Shown: positions 37,001-50,600 of the stretch, one piece after another
Layout of the letters: each line of letters begins with the position of its first letter
How positions within the stretch are numbered: position 1 is the first letter of the stretch
NCBI GenBank assembly: GCA_977016875.1
Contig: CDRNST010000178.1
Location: 868,001 to 932,000 of the forward strand
DNA length: 64,000 nucleotides
Reading direction: 5' to 3'
Source of the DNA: Pavona decussata
Taxonomy: Eukaryota
Translations under genes and position numbers: made by a program
Notes under the pieces: model-generated
Told to the model about the DNA's origin: nothing
The model's input: only the letters and a program-made list of their open reading frames with translations
Databases searched by the model: none

Positions 37001-38630
37001 TCAGTAATAACCATTTTCCTGTTTTTAACTGTAATCAAATACATATCTCAGTTCAATGTACATTGTTTAGAAGTTACAACCAATCAGGTAACTTAAACTA
37101 ATGAGACAAATATCTCTGCTCAAGGTGACAAAATCAGATTCATTCTGAAAGCTGTGCAGCCAGGCTCTTAATTTTGTCAGAAACAAAACTACTAGAATGT
37201 GGATGGAGTGTTACAGCTCTCCAGATTATTAATTATTCATGTTAAAATAACATTCTACTCTGTGTTTCCATGGTCTCAAAACTTTAACCCCACATCTTTG
37301 GTGTAAATCCTTTGCAACCTTTCAAATACTTGTTGTAGCAATGGAGGCAGTTGACCACAGACTTGCTGTATAATTCCAGTTAGTGATTCTGTTTTCACAA
37401 ACGACGTGGCGTTGAACTCGATTATGATTTTTCTTGATTATCTTCTTTGGAATAATATATGAAGAGGATTTCAAAGAGGTCTTCAAATTGTCGCCGTTGC
37501 CCTAAATCCTGCCTGTATTTCTTGGCAGAGGAATCTGACTCCGAACATGGCAGCCAAGAAATGTATGACTCACGTAATTAATGTCAGTAATAAGCTCCTC
37601 TTGACTGTAAAATTTAGAGCAGCTCTTCAAACCCAATTGCTATAATATTATATTTTTCTTTGTTAATTATTTTTCTTTTTCAAATTTTATGTTATATCTG
37701 GTGCATTTAATAATAGTACAAGTTAGTGTCTTGTACTAATCACATTTCTGTTTTGCTGTATATGTATAGGTCCTTATACTGAACATTAATTAATGTCTTC
37801 CTGTTGTTTGTTTACAGGAAGTACTATCTTGATGTTCAAAGAAGAGAGGATGGTTTCGATTTATCTGGGCCATGTCTTCCCAAAGAGGACCCTGTTCCCT
37901 TAAGAGCTGTAAGCAATAATTGCATGCTTGTGTTCATGAAGCACATCCCCAGTGTAGTTTGAATTTCATTTACACTTGACAACAAAATTACATGTTGCAC
38001 TGAATTCTGTAACACTGTCTTGTAACTGAATGTTGCTGAACACCTCAGGTTAAATTGAATTACTGTAACACTGGAAATTTTGATATTTTTTTAAAATGTC
38101 TTTGCAATTTTTTCATTTAACTTTTCTTATTGTATGTACTTTAATTATTTTTGTCTTGATCAGGAAGTTAATCTTGAGAATGATGTGTTATTCAGTCAAT
38201 GACACAGGTGTACTCAGAAAAAAGTATTCAGAGTTTCAAACCTCTGACCTTCCGATTACCAGTTCGGATGTTGATCTACAGGAGACTAATGTGGGAGCTG
38301 GGCGATTAAACTAGGTTCATATGACCAACATCCTGCATAGTGAGCGCTAGGATTTGACTGTCAGTGTGTGACTTATATGCGGTGGAAAAAAATGTTTTAT
38401 TAAAAACTGGATCATTGTATAATGCAATTCAAGGGATTTGATTGGCTGAGCGGCCATTGTATATGAGCAATTATACCATGGCCAAGAAATGGCGGCCATT
38501 ATATTGTCTGCTGGTTCTTCTCTCACAGCGAAATCAGTTAGATCTAGCAATATTTCTTGATTGTTTTTAATAAAATAATTATTCCACTTGCGCTTGTTGG
38601 ATATGAGATGATTATAGCCAACTCGGTGCT

Positions 38631-38671
<41 letters not shown>

Positions 38672-41600
38672 GCTCGTGGAATAATTGTTAAATAGTATAT
38701 TTTCTATTCTCGTGTATTTATCAGGCTATTGATACACCATCACATTTATTCCAAATTGTGTAAGGCTAATTTCACTTATACTCTTTTCCTGATCTAGGGT
38801 CCAACATTAGACTATGATGGAATTCATGACAGAAGTTTAAAACACTACTTCCACAACAACAGCATCAAAAGGCAATTGCAGAAAATGCAGACAGTGCGGG
38901 ACCAAGATTCACGGGAGGGGACAGTGCGAAGACATGTGGACCAGACTATGGCGTCAGTAGATTATCGTCTCAAGCCTGGGCCTATTTCACCGTATGCTTT
39001 GCCACAGACTGTAAAGCCTTGTCCTCCTCCTCACCGACCACAGGCATTGATGACTGTTGATCAGTACATGAGGACAAAGCAGGGCATGAAACGAAGGTAC
39101 GTGTAATGAATTTAAGACGTCAGTACAAACTGTGTTCTTTAGCAAACATCTACCCTTAAGCGTTAAACCAAGATTAAACAAAGAATGGTACACAACTTAC
39201 AATTTTTTTTGGCTCTCGAGAGAAGGCTGTCTCGTCTCTCGGGACGCAACTGTTATCTCTTGAGACAAGAGTTGCATCTTGTGTGAGGGTGGTTACTTAC
39301 TTTTGAGCGGTACTGTAGTTATCAAGTCGTGTCCTGTTTGGCTGTTGCCAAATTTGAGTTAAATTTTTGTTGATAGTCCTGAAGATTTTTGTTTCTTGTA
39401 CAGTCTGATTAGTTTACTGTGTTTATTTTCGTTGTGATTTGGTAGAATGGTTAATTTGGTTTTGATTTTAATTTTACATCATGCAAACTCAATATTGAAA
39501 ACTACTCTAAAAAAGTGCAGACTGAGGTATGTTTTAGAGTCAGTGTCCAAGAGGGGGTTAGTCTCCTTCCTCAGGAGTCTTGCCACACCACCATTATGTT
39601 TACTAACTCTAAAATTGATGCATTTCTTTCTATTTTAGGAAAACCCCTTCTAATGTTGTTGGAAAACCCAGAAGAATTCTGAGGCGTTCTCCTCCTCAGC
39701 ATGTCACTCGAGATGAAAGAGAGAGACTGGTCAACATGGCAAGCAAACTGATTGTTGCTACGGTAATTACCTCCTCAAAATGTCTGGTAGAACTAAGTTG
39801 GCAGTATTAAAGGCTTGATGTGCATGTGAGGAAAATGCAAGCCTTTGATACCAATGTACATTTGAAAAAAGCAACCAAATGATAATTGAACATACAGCTG
39901 CAGTCAAGTAATGCTGGCTGCTGGCACAGTGTGAGATACATGTACTACTAACAGTAACATACTGTAAATATGCCTGAGTGTTCTTGTCTGGAGAAAAAAT
40001 TTTCCATTGGGATTTTTTCAGTAGTCATATTTTGGGAGTTTTTATTAGATTATTTTTATTTTAAAATAATATGTTAATACAAAATTGAGTAATTTATTAT
40101 AAGCAAACAATGTTTCAATATCTTCAGGATGTCATTTTGACAATGACATCCCACAAGATTTAGAAATGTTGTCTGCTTATATCATTTATTTTTGTATGAA
40201 AATACTTCCTTTCAACCTTACTTATCCTGATCTTTAAAATAAATTTTGTGAAATAGCCAAGGTTACTTCTGCTGTTAAGTGGCATTAAAGTATACCTGCC
40301 AACTTTTTCTCAGTCGAACGCGTGATATTTTTGTCTCGTTGTGACAGGGATTTCCAAAAACGTCCGAGCCACTTCTGAAGATTTCCAACGATTTTCCGAA
40401 GACTTCTGAGCATTGCCGAAAATGTCCAACGGTATTCCGACGACCTTTGAACACTTACGATTCGAACGGATTGTAGACATTTTAAAGCTTTTGCGATTGT
40501 TATAAGAAGCAAAGAAATAAAACATAACAAATCTAAAATGAAATGAAGTTTTTTATGAACAACTCGTCTGGATTTGAGAGTCAGGCGTGAGAAATTGTCC
40601 GTGATGCGTGAGATCGATGTCTTTAGTACGCAGGTGTGAGACTCACGCATAATGCGTGAGAGTTGGCAGGTATACATAAAAGTGCTCTCATTGAGTTAAA
40701 ACTGTGTGTTTAATGACAAACTGGCATGTGGATACCAGTAATCAGATGATTGTGATTTTGATTGTTTTCAGGAAACAGTTGCCTTGCCTGCAACTAAGAA
40801 ACAGAGCAAAGGCTTTCAAACTTCTGAGAAGGTAACTTAGGGTTGGATTAGAAAAAGTTAGTGAGCATACCAGATGCATGGACAGGTAGATTTATTGGTA
40901 TAAAGCCTGGTCTTTTAGTTGCCACTCACAGTTTTGTTGTGATCTTCAAAGGTATGATGTCATTCCTGATCACTACATTTGTTCATGACAAGACTGAAAA
41001 TTCAACACAGAAACTCTTCTTACAAGTTTATTTCATTCCCTGCTGTTGTGTTTTAGCTACAGTGTACAGATGCACGTAACTGGTCAAACAATTGATTAGT
41101 GAATTGATTGGTTGATAGTAGGTTGAATACATGACTGATTACCGATATCTCTTTAGGATATTCCCAGACTTCAAAGGGAAAAACAACGTCAAACAGCAAC
41201 AGAGTCGTTCTCATCAGGTACCGTGCATATCAAACAAACACTAGTGGCTACTGCCTCTGTTTAAAATGTATGACTGTTCAGGTGAACAGTTTTACTTCTT
41301 AATGCCAGGAGTGGTCCTGTTATAAGTGCTAAAAAAATTAAGATATTAGCATCTATACTCAATTGATTTTAATTGTAATTTTAGTCTTTTGTGTAATATT
41401 ACTACTTGAAGGTGTATGTGAAAGTTAAGATTTTCACTGGTAAAAAAAACAATGGTTTTAGAATGATTACCATAATTTTTATTTCCCTGTATTTTCTTTT
41501 GAAGTTTATTGTCATTTTGTCTCTTTCTAGATTCAGAAGGTTCTCAAAAAATGTCCAGACGACCTGCCCCTCCAAAGGTTTGTGACAAATTTGACTTTTT

Positions 41601-44600
41601 TATTCCAAGTAGTTTTCAAGTTTTATTGCTGGAAACTAGTGTTCATTCATTTTACTAGTAAATGGGTTAGTACATCTGTCAAGCAATAAATATAGAAAGA
41701 GATTGTGATAATATTGGAACTTTTTTGAGACTTGCAACCTTTTTCATACAGTTTTCCTACATCATTAGTAAATATTTGAAAGATATTAAATACCTAGAAG
41801 TTAAAAGCCAAGTCCAGATTTCTGTCTAACTTTTCTCTAGCTATGTTTAAAGTGACTTTGATTGTTGTTATTGTTTTCCAGGGTAAACCCAGATCAGCAT
41901 CAGCTCCACACAGGAGACCAGAATCCACATTTTTCAAATCGTCTGCATCAAACAGAGATGGAAAGAAACGCAGCAAGAGTGGTGTTCATGTTGTTTTGCC
42001 AGGAGGATCACAAAGTGACGATGATGATGACCGACTTAGGTGAGGGGGCCTGCAGGGTGTAAGCTAGTGCTCCATCACTGCTAGGGCTATAGAATGGCAA
42101 AATTCGAGACTTGCCGAGACCCCGAGACTCTCATTTAAAATCTGAGACCAAGACCTGACTATTTTTGTTCAAATCCGAACCCTAGACAATGCGAATAAAA
42201 AATCTGAGTTACAAGATGCCGTGAAATCAGCCTTACTCTTTTTCAGGCATAACTGGCAATTTACGAGCAGAATTTATCCAAGCCCACATGTTTCACAGCT
42301 TGCGCGATTGCGATGTTGAGCCGCTTTCCACAATTTTTTGTTTTGTTGTTGTTTTATGACGGTCATTCAGACTTAGCAACTTGGCTCCAAAAACGAGATT
42401 GCAAGACCCGCTTTGTTTTTTACGAGCTCGAGATTCAAAGACTCTAGTTTGAGATGCTGAGATTTCGAGACTCCCCGAAAATTTGCCGAGACCCATCATT
42501 TTTCAAGGACCATTCCATACCCCTACTGCTGGCAGTTTATAATGTGTTTCCATTCAACGAGACTTATTGGTATTGCCACTCCCTGGATTGGTTCCTACAC
42601 TGTAGTTACTAGCTTATGTACATGTTTGTGAGCACTAAGACTTGAAAATATTTCATGGTTTTGTAGTTCCCTGGTTGGTCGAATGAATTTGGAGGGACGT
42701 GTGAGCAGTGTTGTGGCATCTCACCACCAATCAAAAGACACCAGGCCTAAAAGCGCTGGTGTTCCATTGAAGTCGCAGGCTGCCGGTCCAGACGAAGATA
42801 GTTATGATGATGAAGAATTTGAAAGTGTGGGATCTCCTAGGTTAACCTCAACTCGCGCAACTCCAAGACTGTCGTGGATGGAACATGAGCACGACATGAT
42901 TGACATGTCCACACAGACGGTTGTTCATTCAGGTAAATGTATATTTCAGTTTGTAATCCACATGGAGTCATTTCCTTTGCTTGCGTGTGGGAGATTGCAA
43001 GGAACATAAACTAGATGAGCTTGCACCAGTCTCAAGAGTCTCTAGGGACAGTTGATAGAAAATTCTGAAAGTGCATGCAAGTTCTCCTTCCTGCTTTGCT
43101 CTTGTCCCTAATTAGAGCTCCCTTAGAAGCTTATTGGATGGCCTCCTCTGCAAAGGTAGCCTGTGCCACAAACGGACTATAACCCCCAGTTATTACCAGG
43201 GCAGATGCCTTCTAAATTTGTGTGAAATGTGTACCTTATTTTTAATACGAATGATTCCCGATGAAAAATTATAGAGAACATAGTTTTTGAATGATCAGAT
43301 TGCATTGTTGAAAGAGTTTATGCAACCCTGTTGTAAGTGACTTTTTGAGCCTGAATTTTTTGTTCAACTTAAAATCTTCTAAATTGTGGCTTTGGACAGA
43401 AAATCCCACCCCCTTGTCAGGTACAACGTAAAAACAAGTCCACTTGCCAAAAGTTGCGTGATTCCGAGCAAAAAAATTCTGTCTAAAAAAAGTCACTTAA
43501 GATAGTGTTGCATAGCCTGCAAAGCATTCATTTCGGTTGGGGTTTTATGCTTTTTCTCGCTTTTTGACCGCGCGGATATTGGGATGAGGGCGTCTGTCCA
43601 TCCGTCCGTCTGTCTGCTTTTTTTTCTTTCTTTTTGTTTTTGGCTCGTCCCAATTTCCACTGTTTGAATGCGAAAAACGCACAAAACTAAACAGAAATGC
43701 TTGCTACGCCGGCTAAGTGTTGCATAAAACTCTTCATTTCTTAATTAGCATCACTGTCTATTTTGTTCTTGTTTTTTATTTTCGGCTGTTCTATTCTAGG
43801 TACACAAACTATTAAACAGGATGATGAAGACCTTGAGCAGATTGACAGACAAATCATCCTGCCTCCAAGACTTATGCCAATCAAAAGAAACAGCCTGGAG
43901 GAAGTCAACGAAGTGTGTGTGTCTACAGAGACAGCAACAGTTGGTGCCAGCACCGCAAGCATACCAACCTCAACATCTCTTTCTGCAGAGACACAGACTA
44001 GAAACAGAGATCTCGAACCTAAAGGTAAGCTTGGGTCACGAACTGTTAAAAGGTAAAAATCAGTGTAAGTTCATGTCCAATAGACCCTTCTCCAAAATGG
44101 CAGCCGAAAATTCAAATAAGTTCAAATTAAAAACGTATACCAGCACTAGAAAGAGCACTTTTACTTTAGTAACCCTGCAAAGTTTCAGCATATCAGGTGT
44201 AATATCAGCTGAGAAAATGTGAGTTGAAAAATGAAAAATTTACAGACGTTTATATGACTGGGGGTATGACGTATACCCCCAGTCATACAAACGTCTGTAA
44301 ATTTGTCAAATTCCATCTTACATTTCCTAAGCTGATATAACACCTGATGCTGAAACTTTGCAAGGTTACTAAAGTAAAGGTGCTCTTTCCAGTTCTGGTA
44401 TCAGTTTTTCATTCAGTTTAATTTTAACTCATTCAAATCTGTTGCCGCCATTTTGGAGAAGGGTCTATTCAATCGGTACAACAACAACAACGTTTTATGG
44501 TAGACCGTGGGCAGTCTCTTTTTTCTCTTAAGTTCTACAGCGCGCGATGGATCTAGCGAGCGGTGAGGCCGTGAACCGCAAGAAACGAGGCTCTCGTTCA

Positions 44601-47600
44601 CTTTTCTAATTGCGTAATTTTACTGTCACTTTTCGCGTGTGATCTGGGGAAAAAGTACGGCTGCTCGCATTCTACGTTTATGGTAGTTTTTTAACATGAA
44701 GAATTAATACTGCTATCAGTGCTGGCACCGACGCATTGAATAAAGATGATTATTTTCCCCTTCCTTTGTCAGTTCTCACGTATGAAGTTTACGTTCTTAC
44801 TGGCGACAAGTTGGGTGCTGGTACAAAGGCAGTAGTGAAGTTAACAGTGTTTGGAGAATATGGGAACTCAGGAGAGAGACAACTGCTGCGCTCAAGAACA
44901 CACAGGACAAAGTTTCAGAGAGGACAGGTTTGTCTCTTGTTTGAAACGTTTTGCTGACCACGCTGTAGACTTTCCACAGAGAAAAAGTAAAATATAAGCG
45001 CAAGGGCAAAAAGTGGGGCAAGCATGGAGACGAATTAAATCCAAGGATATAAGAAATGTGTAATGTCGTAAAGTGCAAAAACATTGGTAAATTTATTTGC
45101 AAATTCACTGCCTGCACTCAGATTTACTGCGTGGCTGTCAAATTGGGGGAATTCTGGCTTAGAGATGTGGTTTTGGTGACTCGGAATGAATCAAAGAATT
45201 GCGGAAAACTTTCCATTGATCGTTCAACGTACTCCTCACATGCTAATCCAGTTCCTTGGTTGTGTTTTCAGGTGGACATCTTCGTCGTCGACTCGGTTTT
45301 CCTTGGAAAGTTGACAAGTATTAGAATCGGTCACAGTGAAACTAAATTAGGTAAGTTGTGTCCATCGACTTGTCTAAAAGTTGTTTTAATTCTCGTGGAT
45401 AAATCTGTTCTGATTCTTTCTTTCTTTCTTTTTCGATATTAGGTTATGGTTGGTTCTTGGACAAGGTGTTCGTAAAGGAAGGCCCCGAGGCAACCCGAGC
45501 ATTCGAGTTTCGTTGTAACAGGTACTAAATGAATATAATTGCAAATAGTAAGTAACATCCGTGAACTGATGATGAAGCATCCGAAACATGCCTCCAGCTA
45601 AACCGAAAAGTTATTTCGTTTTGCTCAAGATGATTGATCTCTACTTTATTGTTGTGAAATTTCGGGAAACAATAAGTACGGTAAATTATTATTGTTTATT
45701 TATGAATGACCCCAAATTGGAGTCATCCAAAAAAAAAAAATCCGATGAAACTCTCAGACCGTGTGACCCTCGGTTGATATCTCCTCTGCGGTCAACTGAT
45801 CTTGTTACATTTTTACTAATTTTTGTTTAATTTTTATTTAGATGGTTATCATCACGTGACGATGATGGGCAGATTATTCGAGACCTTCCGGTGTGCGACG
45901 TTTTACCAGGTAATAAAAACACTGAACTCTGCCTTTAGCGCGCGTTACCTCAGTCTGCATAGTGTTCAGAGACGCACGGTGGAGGCAATACACTTCAGAA
46001 AAGAGGGCTCTCCTCTCACGCAACCTCGTTTCCGGTGTTCCCCTCTTCTCCAACAGGGGAGACCCTGGGAACGAGGTTGTCCTCTCTAGAATCACGCCCA
46101 TGTTTGTCGTTTATATGTTGGACTTTTGGTCCTGTTACAAGAAAATGAATGTCAAACAATTGCGGCATGGCAGACAATAGCATATCTCATAGTTATCCCA
46201 AAATTCGTGTCTCCTTTAAAGCACGATTGATAAATTCAACTTTCCCATTGTAAAGTTTGATTGATTTCTGTTTTGTTTTTTTCTCCTTTAAAAAGCGTCG
46301 CATCTGGCGGCTGTTTTACCAAGAATCGACGAAAGACAGGACGACGACTTTTTCATGAGAGGCGGCAGCGGGAGTGACAGCTTCTCAAGTGGTGAAGAAG
46401 ATGTCCCGCCTCCTGACTTACGAGAAGTGAAAAAGAAATCGAAAAGCAAAGAAGACTCACTAAGAGAAAAGCCTCCATTGCCTTCAAAGCATGCAGAACC
46501 TCCGGTCGTCCCCGCGCCTGTAGATTCAACGCCGGTAACACAGGAAAGCAACGTTGACGAAGATGGGTTTGTGGCCGTCAAGGCTGAAAACTTATTCGAT
46601 ATCAGCGAGGGAGAGGAAGACGATGAAGATAAAAACGATGATTCAGAAAGCGAGGACGAGAAAGTAGACTCTAAACAGGGTAAAAAGCGAAGAGAAGAGG
46701 AGGAAGAAAACTCAAGTGAAAGCGAGGAAGAAGAAGAAGAGGAAAAGGACGTGGAAGACGAGAAGAGAGGAACTGCAACGAGACGAGGCTCTGATCACCT
46801 TAAAGTGGTTTCCACGGCTTTGTCATCGTTCCTGAACCCTGGAGAGAAGGCTAGCAAGAAGAAACCCGCAAGTCAGGAGTCTGAGCCCGAAGCAAAAGAC
46901 AACGAAGAAGGGGAAGGAATAGGAAAGGAAAAAACGGAAGAAAATAATGAGAAAGAAGAGGAGGAAGACGATGAGGAGGAGGAGGAGGAGGAGGGAGAGG
47001 AGGAAGAGGATAAGGAAGAAGATGATGCAAAGCCTGCGAAAGAGGAAGAAGAGGAGGAGGAGGAGCCAAGGGTGGAGTTTACTGGTGAAACGAAACCGGA
47101 GGTAAAGTTCAATCAGCTTATTTTCATAGGCAGACAAAGCATCGCACAAACAAAATAATTCCCGCATAGGTTATGCTGTAATGCCTTAGTCCGGCTGAAA
47201 CGAGGACGAGAGTTGAACTCATTGAGAGTGCACGACAGTCGATCAGAGTACACGCCGTCAATTTGAATTCTATTTTTGAGAAAATTTGAACTGATTCAAA
47301 CTTCTTGAAATTACGCAGCGAGAGTCGACGAGCATGACTTTGATCTATTGGAACTTAATTGAACCGATTCAAACTCTTTGAGAAAGTATTAGAGTTGAAG
47401 GCAAGGGGAGGTCAGCTAAGTGGCTCTCGTTTACGTTTGATATCATGCAGACAAACAAGTGTTCTTCTACAACTGACTCAGTGAAGAACGTCTGAAAAAA
47501 CGTAAAAGATATTGACCATGAACGATAAGACCCAAAAGCTTTCTGTAGAGCGTTTGACCTATAAGCCTTTTTACATCAGTTCTTCTTGTTAGAAAATGAA

Positions 47601-50600
47601 AGGACGGGAGGTTTTTAGGGCTTAAAATTTACATATTTCCCGCAGGCAAAGAGAAAAACAAAATATGCGCATGCTAATAAGATCACCCCATAATTAAATA
47701 AATAAATAAATAACTTTAATAGTAACATCCTCGTGAGGTTTTTCAGGAACTATTATCTCTGCTAGCCGTAGCTTCAAATTCCGCCAGATTGCATCGTTTT
47801 CGATGAATTCATATTTTAAACAGGACAACGTTTCTTCACTCGAGTGTAGGTGAAACTAAACGTATGAAATGTCTCATGCAAGAGTTGTATTGATTGTTTA
47901 ATCAATTCAGGGTGTTTTTTTTTTCAACAGCACGAGCGAGAGCGACCCATTTCTGCTCAAAGTGATGACTTTGTTGAAGGCTTCAGAGCTGGAGTTCGAG
48001 CAAAACACGAGAAAGAAAGGGAACGACACAGAGAGTCTGTCCATGAGAGTGAAAATGTCTTGAGAAAAGGTTTGTTAATGTGTTCTTTTTGAAACTAAGT
48101 GTTTGGCAGTGTTAGTAATGTTGCTAAATGTAAAGGAAGCTGCTGGTGATCATTCGAATCTAGGTAAAGAAAGTACGAAATAATTTCCCCAAATCAGCCT
48201 TCAAACTTGAGTGCATTTTGGCAACGATTGAAGGTAATTGTGTTGAGATCTGTTTTATCCCTTAGCTTTAATTGTTTGAACGAGATCTAACCAATGAGAT
48301 CGAAGTATTGTGTTCTCAACCAATCAGTTGCACGCACTAACAACACGTCGCCTCCTCTTTTCCCGCGCTTGCCACTTGCTGTGACTTGCTGTTGGTACCG
48401 ACTCCTGATTGGATCTTCACGCTTTTGGTCCCCACTTGGTGTTTTAGTTTCAGTATTTTCTGTTTCATAACGCTCATCACTACACTACTTTCACTTTCTT
48501 TTGTGTGTAGGTGTTTCCATTCATGATGCCGCCAGGACTGGAGATCTTGAGCGAATCAAAGAATTGATAAACGTGGTGCCAGAGATGAAGAACAAGCTTG
48601 ATGAGCGTGGAATGAATCCGCTGCACATCGCTGCAGCTAATGGGAGACTGGACTGCGTCAAGTGGCTAGCTGTCAGCGGTGTAGACCTAGCAGAGGAGAC
48701 GCCAACTGGCTATACCGCCATGCATTTGGCTGCTATGAATGGTCACGTGAACTGCATGATGGTGAGTTGAAAAAAGAATACTGAATATGATGTGCGTGCT
48801 ATGCAATGACTTATTAAATTGGTGTTTTATTCTGTTTTTAACTTGTAATATGCCGGCCTACTTGTTTGTGGAGAAAATAAAATAAACTGAAACACTTGTT
48901 CCGTGACAGTTGTTAGTCTCCTTTGATACTCGGAAAAAGTTCTCTCAACAAGAGTCGAACCTAAGACCTTCTACCACTGAGCTACAGGAGACTCGTGGTA
49001 GCTAAGGCCATTAAACTATAGGTTCATGCGACAAACATCCTGCATACTGCTACTTCTTATGGGACAATTTTTCACCGATTTCATTTGTTCCTTTAGATTC
49101 TTTCAGCCATGGGAAGTACGTTAAGTTGCAGAACAGTGGATGAACTTACTCCTCTTCATCTTGCCTGTATGAGGTAAGCTTATTGCTTTGTAGATTTACT
49201 TTGTTGCAATAACAGGTAACGGTGAGTGACACCGTCAAGAAACTTAGCAGTTGCACAGCAAAAAATTGTTTTCTTTTGCAGTTGTTTCGTGTCTTTCATT
49301 CTATTAGTATCATCCGTCGTTAACAAATAAGATTTATTTTCGTGTATTCCGGAAGATTCCTAAGGAATGCTTCCTAAGAAAACAGGGTTAATGTTGAATT
49401 GAGAGATTCAGTAACATGTTCAATCCATTCACTGCAAACGATTTAACCTGTAATCATGGTTATGGTGCATTTTATCTTTAGCACTAAGGAAATGTTTCTT
49501 GCTTTTAATTTAGATTGACTTTGCGAAGTTATTTTAGAAGGTGTAGAAGTTCGTTGCTGAAAACGCCACAGCTGTATTTCAATTTAATTCCTGTTTTTTT
49601 TTTTTTTTATTTCTTGTAGCGGGTATATAGAATGCGTCAAGTGGCTTATTGCTAACAGAGCTAAAGTGGACGTGCTTGATAACAACGGGCGCACACCGCT
49701 GGATATTGCCGAGGTAAGTTCTTAAGTTGCACCGGGTTAATTAAGCGGAGTAGGAGTTGAAATCGGGAAAAATATGTCTGGCTGTAGTTTCTTACCCCGA
49801 TCAACTTGATTTCATTCAGTTAACAAGCCTAAATAGTAGTTATGACATTTGAGCCTGGGGTTAAATATTCTTTCATTTAAAAAGGAACAACAAGCTATAA
49901 ATTTCCAAAGGAAATTCATTTTAATACTTTTTCCGATCAATGGTTAGTTTCTTGTCAAAATTTTGAACAGTTACAAGCGACGAATTTTTTTTTTTTTTAT
50001 CGTTTTGCGCGGGGTCAACTGGTCTATCAAATGCATAGGACCCTCATACGGGGATTTTCATATTGAGATTTTCTTAGTAGCTTTGCAATGAAAGCGCGCG
50101 TGGGGCCCACGGGTCAAAATGACGCAGTTGCCTCGTTTGTATGTCAAACCGCTGGTAAACGTAAAAACAGCTCTTCTGCTACAGTAGTACTATACGCGTT
50201 CAAAATCTTTAGTTAATGGTCTGCTTGAGCGCATGCTGGTTTGTGAGAGGACTTGAAAAGAATATAATGTGTTTTTCTTTTGTGACAGGAATACGGGCAT
50301 GAAGAATTGGTGAAACTCTTGAAGAAATTTAGTAAGTTAAATTTGTATTCTATGTTTTAGAATGTTGCCTCACTTTTTTAGAGTGACTGTTGTTTCCTTT
50401 TAAAAGATCTTGGCTTGTTAATTTGCAGTGTTACGTTAACTCGAAATTAACGCGCGTTTTTTGTTGCCATTCAGAAAGAGAACTCACAAGGCAGGACAGT
50501 ACACTCGCTCAGTTGATGACCAGCGAAAACAAGAGAAGGAAAAGGTAAGATTAAGAAATGCAAAGTCCGCAATTTATATAAAGATTACGCTGAGACCTTT

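Noticed and set aside
36040-37300. Possible decayed LINE on the minus strand
   Set aside because: The 3'-end-like motif near 36040-36090 is suggestive, but no reverse-transcriptase motif can be read.
45566-45595. CTGATGA...GAAAC hammerhead-like string
   Set aside because: No stem II independent of the core and no stem I pairing.
46823-47167. Poly-Ser, poly-Pro and poly-Leu minus-strand ORFs
   Set aside because: Mirror frames of the (GAR)n Glu-rich coding exon.
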